Shown piece by piece: positions 46,673-56,114 of a stretch of DNA of 64,000 bases. Position 1 is the stretch's first letter. Each line of letters begins with the position of its first letter. The notes below the pieces were generated by a model. That model was not told the origin of the DNA, did not search any database, and saw nothing but the letters and a program-made list of their open reading frames with translations. Position numbers and translations under genes: made by a program. Source of the DNA: Candidatus Staskawiczbacteria bacterium RIFCSPHIGHO2_01_FULL_39_25 (lineage in GTDB: Bacteria; Patescibacteriota; Minisyncoccia; Minisyncoccales; Staskawiczbacteraceae); contig MHOO01000011.1 of assembly GCA_001820095.1 (NCBI GenBank), forward strand, positions 135,227-199,226, in the 5' to 3' direction.

Positions 46673-48127
46673 ATGTTGACCAAAACTGATTTCATGAATT
46701 ACTTGGAATGCCCTATGTATCTGTGGCTTTCCAAACATCGGCCCGAGTTGCTCCCAAAAGATACGCCTGAAAAAGAGCGTATTTTTGCAATGGGCCGGCA
46801 GGTGGATGAACTTGCTAAAAAGTTATTTTCAGCCGGCATTGAAGCGCAAGGATATAACGAACAAGGCTGGGAAAATACCAAAAAAGCAATAGCGGGGGGA
46901 GCTGAAATTATATTCCAGCCGACAGCGGTTTCAGGAAACATTGGGTGCCGGGCCGATATTCTGGTTAAAAATAAAAAAGATAATACCTGGGATATTCACG
47001 AGGTAAAAATGGCCACCAAGGTAAAGAAAGAATATATTTTTGATGTCGGTTTCCAGCGCATCTGTTTTGAAAATGCTGGCATAACCATTTCAAGCACCCA
47101 TCTTGTTCATATTAATAGTGATTATGTTCGGAAAGGTGAAATTAACCCCCGTGAATTATTTGCCATCAGCGATATTACTGATGAGGTAAATAGAAAACTG
47201 CCTGAAATCCAAGATGAAATTGAAAGAGCGCTAGTGGTAGCAGATTGGAAAGAAGATCATTATGCAAACCTTGTTAACGGATGCCATAACGCAAAAAACT
47301 GCGAATATATAGAATATTTCTGCAAAGAGAATCCAAAAGTATATTCATTTTCCAGTGTCCTTTTGCCCCAAACGCTGCTAGCGTTATTGGATAGAAATAT
47401 TTTGGATTATCGTAACGTGCCAGCTGACATATTACAGGCTGTTGGGTACGAACTAGAACAAGAATTCACCGAAATAAATGCGCTGGCTATTAAAAAAGAG
47501 TTTGAAAAATTGCAGTATCCGTTATATTTCTTTGATTACGAAACGTACAATTCTCCAATACCCCCCTTTGACGGAGTAAAGCCCTACCAGCAGATTCCGT
47601 TCCAGTATTCGCTGATGATACAAGATAACCCAACAGCTTCCGTACGCCATACTGATTTTTTGATGAAGAAATTTGAAAATCCGATGCGCGACCTTCTTTC
47701 AAAACTTGAGAAAGACATTGGGCCGACGGGAAGCATTATTGTATGGTTTGCGCTGTTTGAATCCAAGCGCAACGAGGAAATGGCGGAACAAGAACCCGAA
47801 TTCATAGATTTTTTGAAATCAGTAAATGAACGGATGTTTGACCTTATGCTGATATTCAAATTTAAAAATAAAATGTACATTAAAAGCGAGTTTAAAAAGT
47901 TAGCTTCGTTAAAAATAGTGCTTCCTGTTCTATGTCCTGAACTTTCCTACAGTTCTTTAGCGATTCAAGAAGGGGGAACTGCTTCTGCCAGCTGGCCGAT
48001 TCTTACCAATGGCGTACTTACTCCGCATGAGAAAATAAAATTGGAAAACGACATGCTTGAATATTGCAAACGGGACACCCAGGCTATGGTAAGCATTTTG
48101 CATCGCGTTTATAAAGATATAGAATAA
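46673..48127 (+). CDS. DUF2779 protein: N-terminal Cas4-like PD-(D/E)xK nuclease plus C-terminal DEDD-type exonuclease-like domain
   Basis: YLECPMYLWL, ADILV..DIHEVK; C-terminal FFDYET and YCKRDTQAM motifs. Confidence 0.8.
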   Translation: MLTKTDFMNYLECPMYLWLSKHRPELLPKDTPEKERIFAMGRQVDELAKKLFSAGIEAQGYNEQGWENTKKAIAGGAEIIFQPTAVSGNIGCRADILVKNKKDNTWDIHEVKMATKVKKEYIFDVGFQRICFENAGITISSTHLVHINSDYVRKGEINPRELFAISDITDEVNRKLPEIQDEIERALVVADWKEDHYANLVNGCHNAKNCEYIEYFCKENPKVYSFSSVLLPQTLLALLDRNILDYRNVPADILQAVGYELEQEFTEINALAIKKEFEKLQYPLYFFDYETYNSPIPPFDGVKPYQQIPFQYSLMIQDNPTASVRHTDFLMKKFENPMRDLLSKLEKDIGPTGSIIVWFALFESKRNEEMAEQEPEFIDFLKSVNERMFDLMLIFKFKNKMYIKSEFKKLASLKIVLPVLCPELSYSSLAIQEGGTASASWPILTNGVLTPHEKIKLENDMLEYCKRDTQAMVSILHRVYKDIE

Positions 48128-48205
48128 CCTGGATAATTAATTATTTCTTAAGGTGAAGAATGATATTATATCAAAGATAATCGTAAATTATTAAGAACTA
48201 AAAAT

Positions 48206-49096
48206 ATGGGACAAAAAATTACTACTCATTTATGGTTTGATAAAGAAGCTAAAGAAGCGGCTGATTTTTATGTATCTGTTTTCGGAGGCGATTCAAAAAT
48301 CATAAGCTCAACAGTGCTTGAGAATACTCCCTCTGGTTCAGTAGATGTGGTCAACTTCCAGCTTTTGGATCACGAATTTACGGCTATCAGCGCCGGGCCG
48401 CTTTTTAAATTTAACCCATCAATATCATTTAGCGTCTCATGTAAAACAAATGAAGAAGTGGATGTATTATGGGGAAAGTTGGCAGAAGGAGGAAAAGTTC
48501 TTATGGAGCTCGATAAATATCCGTTTAGTGAACGATATGGCTGGCTGCAAGATAAGTACGGCCTTTCCTGGCAAATCATATCAATGGGAGGAGCAAAAGT
48601 TAAGCAGCAAATAACTTCGGTCATTATGTTTACCCAAGACAAGTGCGGCAAGGCGGAAGAAGCCATTAACTTTTACGCCTCCGTGTTTAAGAATGCGAAA
48701 GTCGGCGATATATTCCGATATCCCAAAGGCCAAGAGCCGGAAAAAGAAGGCACTATAGCTCATGCCTTTTTCACGCTGGAGGGCCAGGGTTTTGCGGCCA
48801 TGGAAAGTGCTAGGGAACACAACTTTATTTTCAACGAAGCCATTTCCTTTATGGTGCATTGCGAAGACCAAAAAGAAATTGATTACTATTGGGAAAAGCT
48901 TTCGGCGGTCCCCGAATCAGAACAGTGCGGCTGGCTCAAAGACAAGTATGGGGTTTCCTGGCAAATTGTGCCTGCGGCTATGGAAGAAATGATGGCAAAA
49001 GGCACCAAAGAGCAAATGGCGCGGGTAACCGAAGCGTTTTTGAAAATGAAAAAGTTTGACATTGCCAAACTCCAAGAAGCTTATAGAGGAAAATAA
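48206..49096 (+). CDS. VOC/PhnB-like (3-demethylubiquinone-9 3-methyltransferase domain) protein, tandem duplication
   Basis: Two homologous halves, each ending in DKYG(L/V)SWQI. Confidence 0.85.
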   Translation: MGQKITTHLWFDKEAKEAADFYVSVFGGDSKIISSTVLENTPSGSVDVVNFQLLDHEFTAISAGPLFKFNPSISFSVSCKTNEEVDVLWGKLAEGGKVLMELDKYPFSERYGWLQDKYGLSWQIISMGGAKVKQQITSVIMFTQDKCGKAEEAINFYASVFKNAKVGDIFRYPKGQEPEKEGTIAHAFFTLEGQGFAAMESAREHNFIFNEAISFMVHCEDQKEIDYYWEKLSAVPESEQCGWLKDKYGVSWQIVPAAMEEMMAKGTKEQMARVTEAFLKMKKFDIAKLQEAYRGK

Positions 49097-49117
49097 AAAA
49101 ATTTTACTACTAGATGA

Positions 49118-49807
49118 ATGAAAACTAGAAAATTAGCGATTTTTGATATTGACGGGACGATTTTCAGATCTAGTTTGCTTATAGAGGTTACCGAAGCCCT
49201 TATCCAAGAGGGCATTTTTCCTGTTTCAGCGCGCAAGGTATATGCCACGTCTTATGCAAACTGGCTGAACCGCAAAGATTCGTACGGAAAATATATTATG
49301 GATGTAGTGGGTGCCTTTGAAAAACATATCAAAGGAGTTTCGCAGGCTGACTTTGCCCGTGTTGCCAAGCGCGTGGTTGATTTCCACAAAAGCCGGGTGT
49401 ATCGCTATACGCGAGACCTTGTCGGTGATTTAAAAAAGAAAAATTACTATATTCTGGCCATTTCGCATTCGCCGCGGGAACTTGTCTATCAATTCTGCAA
49501 AACGATGGGCTTTACCAAAGTATACGGCCGCATCTATGAAGTTGATGATTCTGGACATTTTACCGGTAAAACTTCTTATGAAGATATAATCAATAATAAA
49601 GCAAACATTTTACGCCGGTTTATTGAAAAAGAAAACTTAAACCTTTCGAAGTCCTTTGGGGTAGGGGATTCAGAAAGTGACATTAACTTCCTCACGTTTG
49701 TTGAAAATCCAATTTGCTTTAATCCAAATTCAAAACTTTATTCTCATGCCAAAAAACACGGCTGGAAAGTGGTAGTGGAAAGGAAAGACGTAATTTACTT
49801 CCTCTAA
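49118..49807 (+). CDS. HAD-IB family hydrolase
   Basis: FDIDGT motif I, ISHSP, GVGDSESD motif IV. Confidence 0.85.
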   Translation: MKTRKLAIFDIDGTIFRSSLLIEVTEALIQEGIFPVSARKVYATSYANWLNRKDSYGKYIMDVVGAFEKHIKGVSQADFARVAKRVVDFHKSRVYRYTRDLVGDLKKKNYYILAISHSPRELVYQFCKTMGFTKVYGRIYEVDDSGHFTGKTSYEDIINNKANILRRFIEKENLNLSKSFGVGDSESDINFLTFVENPICFNPNSKLYSHAKKHGWKVVVERKDVIYFL

Positions 49808-49833
49808 AAATCCGCCTAATGGCGGATTTTTTT
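49806..49833 (+). terminator. Intrinsic terminator after the HAD gene
   Basis: AAAAATCCGCC-TAAT-GGCGGATTTTTTT. Confidence 0.7.
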
Positions 49834-49837
49834 ACCC

Positions 49838-49866
49838 TTGAAAATATCTCTTTTTAGGAATAAAAT
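49838..49866 (+). promoter_or_regulatory. Sigma-70-type promoter of the R-M/ATPase/AbiV operon
   Basis: TTGAAA (49838-43), 17-nt spacer, TAAAAT (49861-66); ATG 49875 is 8 nt downstream, so the mRNA is near-leaderless. Confidence 0.5.
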
Positions 49867-49874
49867 AAGTCAAT

Positions 49875-50741
49875 ATGACAATTAATACAATAGAAAAAAT
49901 TAATCTATTTAGTTCTAAGGCGGAGAATAAAATAAAAGCAAACATTATTCTGGGAGATTGTTTAGATGTATTAAAAAATATACCTGATAACTCAGTTGAT
50001 TTAATTGTAACTTCACCACCCTATGCTGATCAAAGAAAAAGTACATATGGAGGAATTAGTCCAGACAAATATGTAGAATGGTTTTTACCTATTTCAAAAG
50101 AATTACTGCGCGTATTAAGTAAAAAGGGAACGTTTATTTTAAACATAAAAGAAAAGGTAGTTAATGGAGAAAGACATATTTATGTTATGGAATTAATAAC
50201 TGCTATGAGGAAACAGGGTTGGCTTTGGACAGAAGAATTTATTTGGCACAAAAAAAATTGTTTCCCAGGAAAGTGGCCTAATCGTTTTCGTGATTCTTGG
50301 GAACGACTTTTGCAATTCAATAAACAAAAAGATTTTAATATGTATCAGGATGAGGTAAGAGTGCCCATGGGTGATTGGGCTAAGGTTCGCTTAAAAAACC
50401 TTAGTGAAACTGATAAAAAAAGAGACAATTCAAAAGTAGGGAGTGGTTTTGGAAAAAATGTGTCTAATTGGTTAGGGCGTGAGTTAGCTTATCCAACCAA
50501 TGTACTTATGATGGCAACTGAAAGTTCTAATAAAAATCATAGTGCAGTTTTTCCCAAAGAATTACCAATATGGTTTACAAAACTTTTTACTAAGAGTGGA
50601 GATACTGTTTTAGATCCATTTTTAGGTTCCGGGACAACTTCAATTGCAGCATTTCAACTTGATCGTAACTCTATTGGCATTGAAATACAGGAAGAATATT
50701 ATAAATTAGCTATTGAGAATATTAATCGTGAAATAGGTTAG
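49875..50741 (+). CDS. Beta-class N4-cytosine/N6-adenine DNA methyltransferase (SPPY type)
   Basis: Motif IV TSPPY near the N-terminus and motif I DPFLGSGTT near the C-terminus. Confidence 0.9.
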   Translation: MTINTIEKINLFSSKAENKIKANIILGDCLDVLKNIPDNSVDLIVTSPPYADQRKSTYGGISPDKYVEWFLPISKELLRVLSKKGTFILNIKEKVVNGERHIYVMELITAMRKQGWLWTEEFIWHKKNCFPGKWPNRFRDSWERLLQFNKQKDFNMYQDEVRVPMGDWAKVRLKNLSETDKKRDNSKVGSGFGKNVSNWLGRELAYPTNVLMMATESSNKNHSAVFPKELPIWFTKLFTKSGDTVLDPFLGSGTTSIAAFQLDRNSIGIEIQEEYYKLAIENINREIG

Positions 50742-50748
50742 TAAAAAT

Positions 50749-51507
50749 ATGAAAGGAATAGATTACAAAAAATTGAACACCTTCATAGCTTCTGATGTTA
50801 TAAAACCTTTTTATGAAATTAGGTTAGCCCGTCTTGGATTTGCTAAGATATCTAATATTGCAAAACGAAAGAACCCCTATTTATTTAAAGCAAAAAATAT
50901 TGAGACAGCGGGTGATTTAGCAAAAAGCATTCTCGATGCTTTTTTATCTTCACAAGAAGAAACAATCTTTGGTGATCTTATGGAAAATCTTGCAATTCAT
51001 ATTTGTAAACAAGTTTTTAATGGTAAAAAGGCTGAGGAGGGGAAGTATAAAAGTGTTGATTTAATATTTAACAGAGATAAAAAACTTTACATTGTTGGCA
51101 TTAAATCTGGGCCGAATTGGGGCAATTCTGACCAGATTAATATAATGAGAAAGAATCTAAAAAGTGCGAAAAGAATTATTCGTGCAGGATTAAACAAAGC
51201 TAATATTATTTCAGTGAATGGTTGTATTTATGGTAAAGACAATAAACCCCATAAGGTAAGTAAAAATCCGGATCTAAGTTACTATAAAATATGCGGTCAG
51301 GCATTTTGGGAATTAATTTCTGGGGATAATCAGCTATACAAAAAAATAATTCAGCCACTTGATCAAGAGGCTAAGAAAAGGGATGATGTTTTTAAAAAAT
51401 TATACATAAAAAAGATAAATGAAATGACAAAGGACATTGTGAATCTTTTTTATACTGAAGATAACTTAGATTGGGATAAAATTATAGACTATGTTTCCAA
51501 AAAGTAA
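50749..51507 (+). CDS. Probable type II restriction endonuclease
   Basis: Position directly after the MTase; candidate PD-(D/E)xK core (FGD ... VDLIF ... VGIKSGPNWGNSD); family assignment from memory only. Confidence 0.6.
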   Translation: MKGIDYKKLNTFIASDVIKPFYEIRLARLGFAKISNIAKRKNPYLFKAKNIETAGDLAKSILDAFLSSQEETIFGDLMENLAIHICKQVFNGKKAEEGKYKSVDLIFNRDKKLYIVGIKSGPNWGNSDQINIMRKNLKSAKRIIRAGLNKANIISVNGCIYGKDNKPHKVSKNPDLSYYKICGQAFWELISGDNQLYKKIIQPLDQEAKKRDDVFKKLYIKKINEMTKDIVNLFYTEDNLDWDKIIDYVSKK

Positions 51508-51509
51508 TT

Positions 51510-52685
51510 ATGGAAAAGATTGAAAAGATAATAATAAAAAAAGGCGACAATAAGACTATTAGTGATAATTTCATAATGGGTTTAAAACCATATACTGTTT
51601 TAGTTGGAGAAAATAACTCTGGAAAAACAAATTTCGTAAACGCTTTTTATGAACAAGAAAAGAAAAAATATAATATTATATTTTTCCGGGCAACTAATAT
51701 TGAACTTGAAAAAGCAGAGGAGGCAAATACTAGTAAAAAGACATCTCCTTTTTATGAACTTCTAGCTGAAATACTTAAAAAAGAAAATTTAAATCTAGCT
51801 GAGAATATAGTAAAACCAATAAATTCTAAATTATCTGCTATTACAGAAAAAATCAACGAGGGTATTGATTTTATTAAAAATAAAAAAATTATTTTGAAAA
51901 TGGTTGAAACACTAACAGAAGAGGCTGTTATTAAAAATTTAATTCCACTTAAAATTTTAGATAAACATTGGAGAAATGAGAAAGAAGTAGATCCTGATCA
52001 AATCGGACAAGGCACTCAAAGAATGATAATTTTTTCTCTGCTAAAATATTATTCAGAACAAAATGAAGGTAACGAGAAGCTTAATTTTTTTATTATTGAA
52101 GAACCAGAAGTTTATTTGCACCCCAAATACAAGAAAGAGTTCAATCAAATTCTATACAAGATATCGGAGAAAGAAAATAACCAGGTTTTAATTGCTACTC
52201 ATGATCCATATTTTATAGAAATGAATGCCAATGATGAAAGTAAGAAGGCTATACAAGCTCTTCAGAGAAATGAAAATACAGGGTTTACAGAGGGTAAGAA
52301 AATCACTAAACAAATCTTACAAGAGGTTTCTCATGGGGAAATTAATTATAGAGTTTTTGAGGTTTGCACAGATTCTTTCCATAACGAATTATACGGGCAC
52401 CTACAGGAAATAACACAAAAATATTATGAAAAAGATATAGAAGAATTTTTTGGCAAAAATGGTTTAATAAAAGATATGAAATGGACTCGAGAAAAGGCGG
52501 GGGAGCCCGATCCGGATTGGACAAATTATGATGTGACTCTGCAAACTTTTATTAGGAATAAAATTCATCATCCAGAGAACAAAGCAAAGAAAAATGAGAA
52601 GTTTTCTTCAGAGGATTTAAAGCAATCCATCGAAGAAATGATTAGTTTCATAGAAAGAATAAAATCTGGATCTATTGCAGTTTAA
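51510..52685 (+). CDS. OLD/ABC-type ATPase lacking a TOPRIM domain, with an unassigned C-terminal domain containing RNKIHH
   Basis: Walker A GENNSGKT, GQGTQR signature-like loop, Walker B FFIIEEPEVYLHP, ATHDP. Confidence 0.8.
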   Translation: MEKIEKIIIKKGDNKTISDNFIMGLKPYTVLVGENNSGKTNFVNAFYEQEKKKYNIIFFRATNIELEKAEEANTSKKTSPFYELLAEILKKENLNLAENIVKPINSKLSAITEKINEGIDFIKNKKIILKMVETLTEEAVIKNLIPLKILDKHWRNEKEVDPDQIGQGTQRMIIFSLLKYYSEQNEGNEKLNFFIIEEPEVYLHPKYKKEFNQILYKISEKENNQVLIATHDPYFIEMNANDESKKAIQALQRNENTGFTEGKKITKQILQEVSHGEINYRVFEVCTDSFHNELYGHLQEITQKYYEKDIEEFFGKNGLIKDMKWTREKAGEPDPDWTNYDVTLQTFIRNKIHHPENKAKKNEKFSSEDLKQSIEEMISFIERIKSGSIAV

Positions 52686-53235
52686 CTACTTCATGTCTTG
52701 GCCAACCCAAAGTGACTTCTTAGAGATTTACAGAATTGCTCACAATAATGCCACTAATCTACTAGAAGAAGCAGAGTTACTTTATGATAATGAATATTTT
52801 GCACGAGCCTATACATTAGCATTTACTGCTATTGAAGAAATATCCAAATCACAATTTGCAGCAGATGTGTTTACTGGTCTAAAAAGAGAAGAAGATTTCA
52901 AAAAGTTTTATAGGAACCATAGCGAGAAGATTGGTAGAATGACTTGGGCTCATATCGATGCTAATTCCTGTTCACATAATTTAAAATGGGTCGGTCCCGA
53001 TATCTACGACCTAGAAAAAATAAATCCTAAAGAACCTCAGTTTGAGAAAAGGCAAGATAGTTTGTATGTAGGAATCGATTTCCGAAACCAAAAAATTAAG
53101 AAACCAAAGGAACAAGTTTCGGAAGCAGATGCAAAGGAAATGATTAGGATTGTAGAAGTCACTCTTGAAAGGATTTGGGAGGTTTCTGGAGAATTTGGTG
53201 GCAATCAAGTTGGGACGAAAGGTTTTATGAAATAA
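52675..53235 (+). CDS. AbiV-family (HEPN-type) abortive-infection protein
   Basis: NNATNLLEEAELLYDNEYFARAYTLAFTAIEEISK pattern; candidate Rx4H (GRMTWAH); start is ATG 52675 (11-nt overlap) or ATG 52693. Confidence 0.7.
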   Translation: MQFNYFMSWPTQSDFLEIYRIAHNNATNLLEEAELLYDNEYFARAYTLAFTAIEEISKSQFAADVFTGLKREEDFKKFYRNHSEKIGRMTWAHIDANSCSHNLKWVGPDIYDLEKINPKEPQFEKRQDSLYVGIDFRNQKIKKPKEQVSEADAKEMIRIVEVTLERIWEVSGEFGGNQVGTKGFMK

Positions 53236-53327
53236 GTAAAAAATAAATTTATGCCAGCTTACTGAACCAGGGAAAAAACTTTTAAAGAGCTTCAAAAGTG
53301 AAAAAAGGAAGTGAATAATAAAAAACA

Positions 53328-53654
53328 ATGAATTCTTTTATAATATTTGTAGTCGGGTTGGTGATTGGAGCCATTGTAGTATTTTTAGTTTTTAGAAATT
53401 TTCGGAACGATAAAACTAACGAAAAAAATACTTTGGATTTGTTGAATCAGAATAAGGCGAAAATCGTAGAAGAAAACGAAAAGAAAATTTTGGATTTGAT
53501 TGCTCAAAAAGGTGAAGTTTCAAATGATGATGTTCAAAAACTACTTAGCATTTCAGATGCCGGAGCAACCAAGTACATGCAACGATTAGAAAGCAAAGGG
53601 AAAGTAGTCCAAGTGGGGAGCGAAGGTCACGCAGTGCGGTATAAGCTAAAGTAA
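53328..53654 (+). CDS. Membrane-anchored winged-helix protein
   Basis: N-terminal TM helix; C-terminal wHTH-like VSNDDVQKLLSISDAGATKYMQRLESKGKV. Confidence 0.6.
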   Translation: MNSFIIFVVGLVIGAIVVFLVFRNFRNDKTNEKNTLDLLNQNKAKIVEENEKKILDLIAQKGEVSNDDVQKLLSISDAGATKYMQRLESKGKVVQVGSEGHAVRYKLK

Positions 53655-53708
53655 AAGCCAAAACCAACGGCTACCACGCCGTGGTAGCCGTTGGAGCTTA
53701 AGGGAAAC

Positions 53709-54092
53709 ATGAAAAAGCAATTACATTTCATCTTGCTAAACGGAGCCATGGGTTCAGGTAAATCGACCGTCGCTGAATTATTAGGGAAGAAGCTAGAAAG
53801 AACAGCAATACTTGAAATTGAAGAAAAAAGCAATATGCATTTTTTGCATATTGCAAATTCTGATAAACCCGTAGCTATGTATTCACTAGACGTTATTTTA
53901 AGTGTCGGTTATAGAACTAATTCCATAATTGCCATAGAATTTAGAAAATGGGCTACTAAAACCCTTCGCGAGCGTATTACCAAGGGTTACACCATTAATA
54001 AAAAACAAATTGCCAAAAACTACGATGCGTTTATGAAATCAGTCGGCGATATTCAAGCGCTGTTGCCAGAGCATGTGGCAATAGTAAACTGA
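53709..54092 (+). pseudogene. Chimeric remnant: P-loop kinase N-terminus fused to an internal RhuM-family fragment
   Basis: LNGAMGSGKST Walker A for ~40 aa, then YSLDVILSVGYRTNSIIAIEFRKWATKTLRERITKGY (RhuM core); both parts are far shorter than their families. Confidence 0.55.
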
Positions 54093-54096
54093 TATC

Positions 54097-54369
54097 ATGA
54101 ACAAAAATAATTTTTTACAACATATTAAAGTTAGAATTTGTTATGATAAGGAATTAAAAATGATTACTAAGAAAGACTTTGAAAATGCTATAGTTTCAGA
54201 AGGAATAAACTTTGTAACTTTTTTGCATTTTATCTTTAGCTCGTATCCTGATATTACTAAAAAGTTTCCCCCGGGCACATTAGGATTTAAGTTGAACGGT
54301 AAAGCTCCTGGAGGATACGATATTTTACAGGATGGAGATATATTAGAACTTGTTACATCGCTTACTTAA
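54097..54369 (+). CDS. Small hypothetical protein, possibly beta-grasp (ThiS/MoaD-like) without a terminal GG
   Basis: 90 aa; IKVRI...FKLNGK...LQDGDILELV pattern; weak. Confidence 0.4.
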   Translation: MNKNNFLQHIKVRICYDKELKMITKKDFENAIVSEGINFVTFLHFIFSSYPDITKKFPPGTLGFKLNGKAPGGYDILQDGDILELVTSLT

Positions 54370-54378
54370 AAATATACT

Positions 54379-55218
54379 ATGATTCAAGACAAATATAGCG
54401 CATTATGGGTGTCGCATTCCTCAATTGGAGACTTTATTAAGTGTCCGAGGGCGTACTACTTGCATAATATTTACCGGACGAAGGATAATCGGAAGATAAA
54501 TACCGTAAGTCCTGCTTTGTCGCTAGGGATTGCGGTGCATGATACGCTAGAAAATTTGGCGAATTTTAAGACAGAAATTCGGTTTAATGTGCCTTTGGAA
54601 GTGGCGTTTGAAGAAAATTGGAAAAAGGTTTCAGGGAAGCTGGGTGGGTTTAAAAGCGAGACAGAAGAAGCGGAAGCCAAAGAGCGCGCCCGGAATATGG
54701 TGCTGCGGGTGCAAAAAAATCCGGGGCCTTTAGCCAAATTAACGGTTAAGTTACGGCCGCATGCCAATGACATGCCCCCTAATTTTTATTTATCGGAGGC
54801 TGACAACATTATTTTAAACGGAAAGATTGACTGGCTGGAATATGTGCCAGAAAATGACAGTATACGGGTAATTGATTTTAAAACAGGGAAAAATGAGGAA
54901 AGCCCGGATTCGCTACAGCTGCCTATTTATGCCTTATTGCTGCATAATTTGCAAAAACGGAAAGTGTCGGGAGCGGCGTATTGGTATTTAGATAAGGACG
55001 ACAAACCAAAAGATGTTGCGTTGCCAGAGATTGACCCGGCCAAAGAGCGGGTGCTTGCTATTGCTAAGAAAATAAAAGAAGCAAAAGAACGGGGCGTATT
55101 TGAATGTTCGCGCAAAACATACGGTTGCTTTGCATGTACGCCTTTTGAAAAAATTATAAAAGGCGAAGCCGAATTTGTGGGAATAGGAGGATATAATCAA
55201 GAACTTTATCTAATTTGA
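54379..55218 (+). CDS. Cas4/RecB-like PD-(D/E)xK nuclease with a Cys cluster
   Basis: N-terminal FIKCPRAYYL, IDFKTGK, C-terminal CSRKTYGCFAC. Confidence 0.8.
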   Translation: MIQDKYSALWVSHSSIGDFIKCPRAYYLHNIYRTKDNRKINTVSPALSLGIAVHDTLENLANFKTEIRFNVPLEVAFEENWKKVSGKLGGFKSETEEAEAKERARNMVLRVQKNPGPLAKLTVKLRPHANDMPPNFYLSEADNIILNGKIDWLEYVPENDSIRVIDFKTGKNEESPDSLQLPIYALLLHNLQKRKVSGAAYWYLDKDDKPKDVALPEIDPAKERVLAIAKKIKEAKERGVFECSRKTYGCFACTPFEKIIKGEAEFVGIGGYNQELYLI

Positions 55219-55344
55219 AATTTGAAATCAATTTGAAAATATCAAATTTGAAATGATTCAAACCCGACGTCACGTTTTCAAATTAAAATATTGTAACATT
55301 GAAATATTGAATTCAAATTGTAAATTTCAAATTTCGAATTTAAA
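55212..55344 (+). repeat. Family-1 quasi-palindromic intergenic element, copy 4
   Basis: Core GAAATGATTCAAACCCGACGTCACGTTTTCAAATT; overlaps stop codon 55216-18 and ends 3 nt before ATG 55348. Confidence 0.65.
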
Positions 55345-55347
55345 ATT

Positions 55348-56055
55348 ATGAACTTACAAAATAAGGTAATAATTTTGACGGGGGCGGCCAGAATTGGACA
55401 GCATGTGGCGGAGGAACTAAAAAAACGAGGGGCAAATTTAGTGATAGCATATTTTAAAGACCCAAAAGAAGCTGCGCTTGGTTTTGGTATGCAGGCTGAT
55501 GTTTCAAAAAAAGAAGATGTGCAAAGAGTAGTAGAATTTACAAAAGAAAAATTTGGCCAGATTGACGCGGTGGTGCATATGGCGGCTATTTATGAAAAAA
55601 GCATATGGGGAGAATTAAATGAAGGCCACTTTGAGAAGAATATGAATGTGATTGCCAAAAGCGCTTTTTTGTTTGGTAAAATAGCGGGGGATGAAATGCT
55701 TAAAAATCAAGGTGAAATCAAAGGCAAGATGATTTTCTTTTCCGACTGGTCAGTGCTGGCAAGGCCGTATAAAGATTATCTGGCGTATAACGCCGCAAAA
55801 TCAGCTGTGGTAGGTCTTACAAAATCATTTGCAAAAGAACTGGCGCCATCTATTTTGGTGAATGCCATAGCTCCTGGCCCCATGCTTCGTCCACCGGATT
55901 TAACCGATGAAGAAAATAGAGAAGTGCTTGCCGGCACGCTGTTAAAACGGTGGGGCGGACCAGAAGAAATTGTAAAAGGGGTTTGCTATCTTTTGGAGTC
56001 TGATTTTATTACCGGTCACATATTAACTATTGATGGGGGAAGGACCATTGCTTGA
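55348..56055 (+). CDS. Short-chain dehydrogenase/reductase
   Basis: TGAARIG cofactor motif, YNAAK catalytic motif. Confidence 0.9.
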   Translation: MNLQNKVIILTGAARIGQHVAEELKKRGANLVIAYFKDPKEAALGFGMQADVSKKEDVQRVVEFTKEKFGQIDAVVHMAAIYEKSIWGELNEGHFEKNMNVIAKSAFLFGKIAGDEMLKNQGEIKGKMIFFSDWSVLARPYKDYLAYNAAKSAVVGLTKSFAKELAPSILVNAIAPGPMLRPPDLTDEENREVLAGTLLKRWGGPEEIVKGVCYLLESDFITGHILTIDGGRTIA

Positions 56056-56073
56056 GTTATCCACACCCCACCC

Positions 56074-56102
56074 TTGACACGGTTTCTTGGCAGGAGTAAG
56101 AT
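56074..56102 (+). promoter_or_regulatory. Sigma-70-type promoter in front of the G-free tract
   Basis: TTGACA (56074-79), 17-nt spacer, TAAGAT (56097-102). Confidence 0.45.
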
Positions 56103-56114
56103 ACAGGTAGAAAG

